A DNA stretch of 26,353 nt from a virus. Lineage: Duplodnaviria > Caudoviricetes. Numbering within the stretch: position 1 is the stretch's first letter; every line of letters starts with the position of its first letter. The notes below the pieces were generated by a model, which made no database searches, was not told the DNA's origin, and saw only the letters and a list, made by a program, of their open reading frames with translations. Shown piece by piece: positions 25,257 through 26,353 of the stretch. Both the position numbers and the translations under genes were made by a program. The stretch is from positions 1 to 26,353 of the IMG/VR virus record IMGVR_UViG_3300048598_000020; one strand, 5' to 3'.

Positions 25257-26353
25257 TTAGTTGTGACGAACGCGAACGATCCAGTCAGGACGCAGAGTCT
25301 TGAAGCCGAGGAAGCTATCAAGACGAGAGACGAATCCAACCGAACCAGAAGCTCCTACCATATCGTATCCGCGAAGGAAACGCACGCGAAGCTCGTTCTC
25401 ATCAATCTCTTCCGCCATATCGAATGAACTCTTCTTGGGCATCTCGAACTTGGGAGATACAGCAGCAATAGCGGCACGATGGAAGATCAACGACTCCTGC
25501 CCCTGTGCAGATGTAGCATCAAGCAGAGTGAGAGTGGTGGATGCAATGCTTGCAGCAACGTTCTGATCTGGCCCCGAGATCACAGGGGCCGGAGAAACCG
25601 TAACAGTTGTTGCACCGATAGCAGCATCAGTCACAACCTGGAACTGCTTGTAGTTAGCAGTGACAGCCTTAGTGAGGGGGTTGACCGCGCGAACAGTGGA
25701 GACGAACATGTCACCAGCCTTGACAGCACCCGTAAGAGCAGTAACAGTCAAGTCCCCCGTCTCAGCCCAAGCAGCATAGTTGTTGCCAGCAGCAGCGGTA
25801 ACAGCCAGAGTACCCTGAGTACCGTTTTGGTGGTTGGGCATACTCTGAGACACGTTGAACTCAATACCAGAGAAGTCACCAATATATCCCTTGGTGTAAA
25901 TGCGAGAGATAGACTCTTGAGCATTGAACAGAGTTAACTGAGCATTAGCAAGCTGACGGTTAGCACGCGGAGACAGCACACCAACAATCTCTCCATCCTC
26001 CGGACAGCCAGAATCGAGCAGAAGTTGGAAGGCGTTGAGAATAGTATCCGAAGTCAACGCGGTTGCGTACGAGCCAACAACCCAGCCAGCACTGTTAGGA
26101 GTAGCATTGGTGACACCACCATCAACAGTACCACCAACGTAGGAGTTGACGGCTGCATTGGCAATATCAGTATCAAAAGTAGCGGCCAGAACAGCCACAG
26201 CCTGCTTGACATAACGCTGACTGAAATCCTCAATCTTGAGGGCTAAATCAGCATCGGAGAATGTAAAAGGAATCGTGTACGAGTTGGCAACAGTCAACTG
26301 AGTGTACTTTTCCGTTACGGCCTGAGCACTGTAGGCCAGGTTGTTACGGTTGA
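25257..26353 (-). CDS. Major capsid protein (P22 coat-like), 5' end outside the window
   Basis: Frame stays open to the right edge; DL.L.IEDFS.RY..QAV..LA...D, G.IG...G..F..SQ, L.FHR.A, RLD...G....RPDW..R patterns; followed by terminator. Confidence 0.88.
   Translation of the reverse strand, partial: NRNNLAYSAQAVTEKYTQLTVANSYTIPFTFSDADLALKIEDFSQRYVKQAVAVLAATFDTDIANAAVNSYVGGTVDGGVTNATPNSAGWVVGSYATALTSDTILNAFQLLLDSGCPEDGEIVGVLSPRANRQLANAQLTLFNAQESISRIYTKGYIGDFSGIEFNVSQSMPNHQNGTQGTLAVTAAAGNNYAAWAETGDLTVTALTGAVKAGDMFVSTVRAVNPLTKAVTANYKQFQVVTDAAIGATTVTVSPAPVISGPDQNVAASIASTTLTLLDATSAQGQESLIFHRAAIAAVSPKFEMPKKSSFDMAEEIDENELRVRFLRGYDMVGASGSVGFVSRLDSFLGFKTLRPDWIVRVRHN

Noticed and set aside
25236-26246. 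Plus-strand ORFs opposite the capsid gene
   Set aside because: Antisense shadows of a codon-biased gene.
1-26353. tRNA, rRNA, integrase/att site, stop-codon reassignment
   Set aside because: None seen by eye; genes tile densely under the standard code.

Overview
A 26.4-kb segment of a tailed dsDNA phage genome with P22-like (podovirus-type) morphogenesis genes; the host cannot be identified from the sequence. Left part (1-7.3 kb): a leftward unit (GIY-YIG nuclease, divergent sigma70-like protein, truncated possible SSB), a ~680-bp structured non-coding region, and a rightward unit (VapE/SF3-like helicase, separate primase-like ORF, two paralogous HNH-like nucleases, small ORFs). Right part (7.3-26.4 kb, minus strand): capsid (truncated), head-tail adaptor, gp10-like tail hub, probable ejection proteins, two tailspike/fibre proteins, collagen-like fibres with partner proteins, an AT-rich HNH insertion and a lysis region with an M15 peptidase. 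Most notable: (i) two sequence-unrelated 5' leaders (2206-2314, 5784-5876) share one design, a 5' hairpin whose 6-nt loop is the exact reverse complement of the 6-nt loop of a downstream terminator-like hairpin; (ii) an exact 15-mer CTATATATTGGTATG, ending in the start codon, precedes four structural genes; (iii) the phage sigma lacks the usual promoter-melting aromatics; (iv) an HNH cassette appears to rebuild the gene junction it invaded; (v) an antisense 45-aa membrane-protein gene with its own sigma70-type promoter. Product calls come from motif recognition by eye and gene order; no database search or folding program was run.
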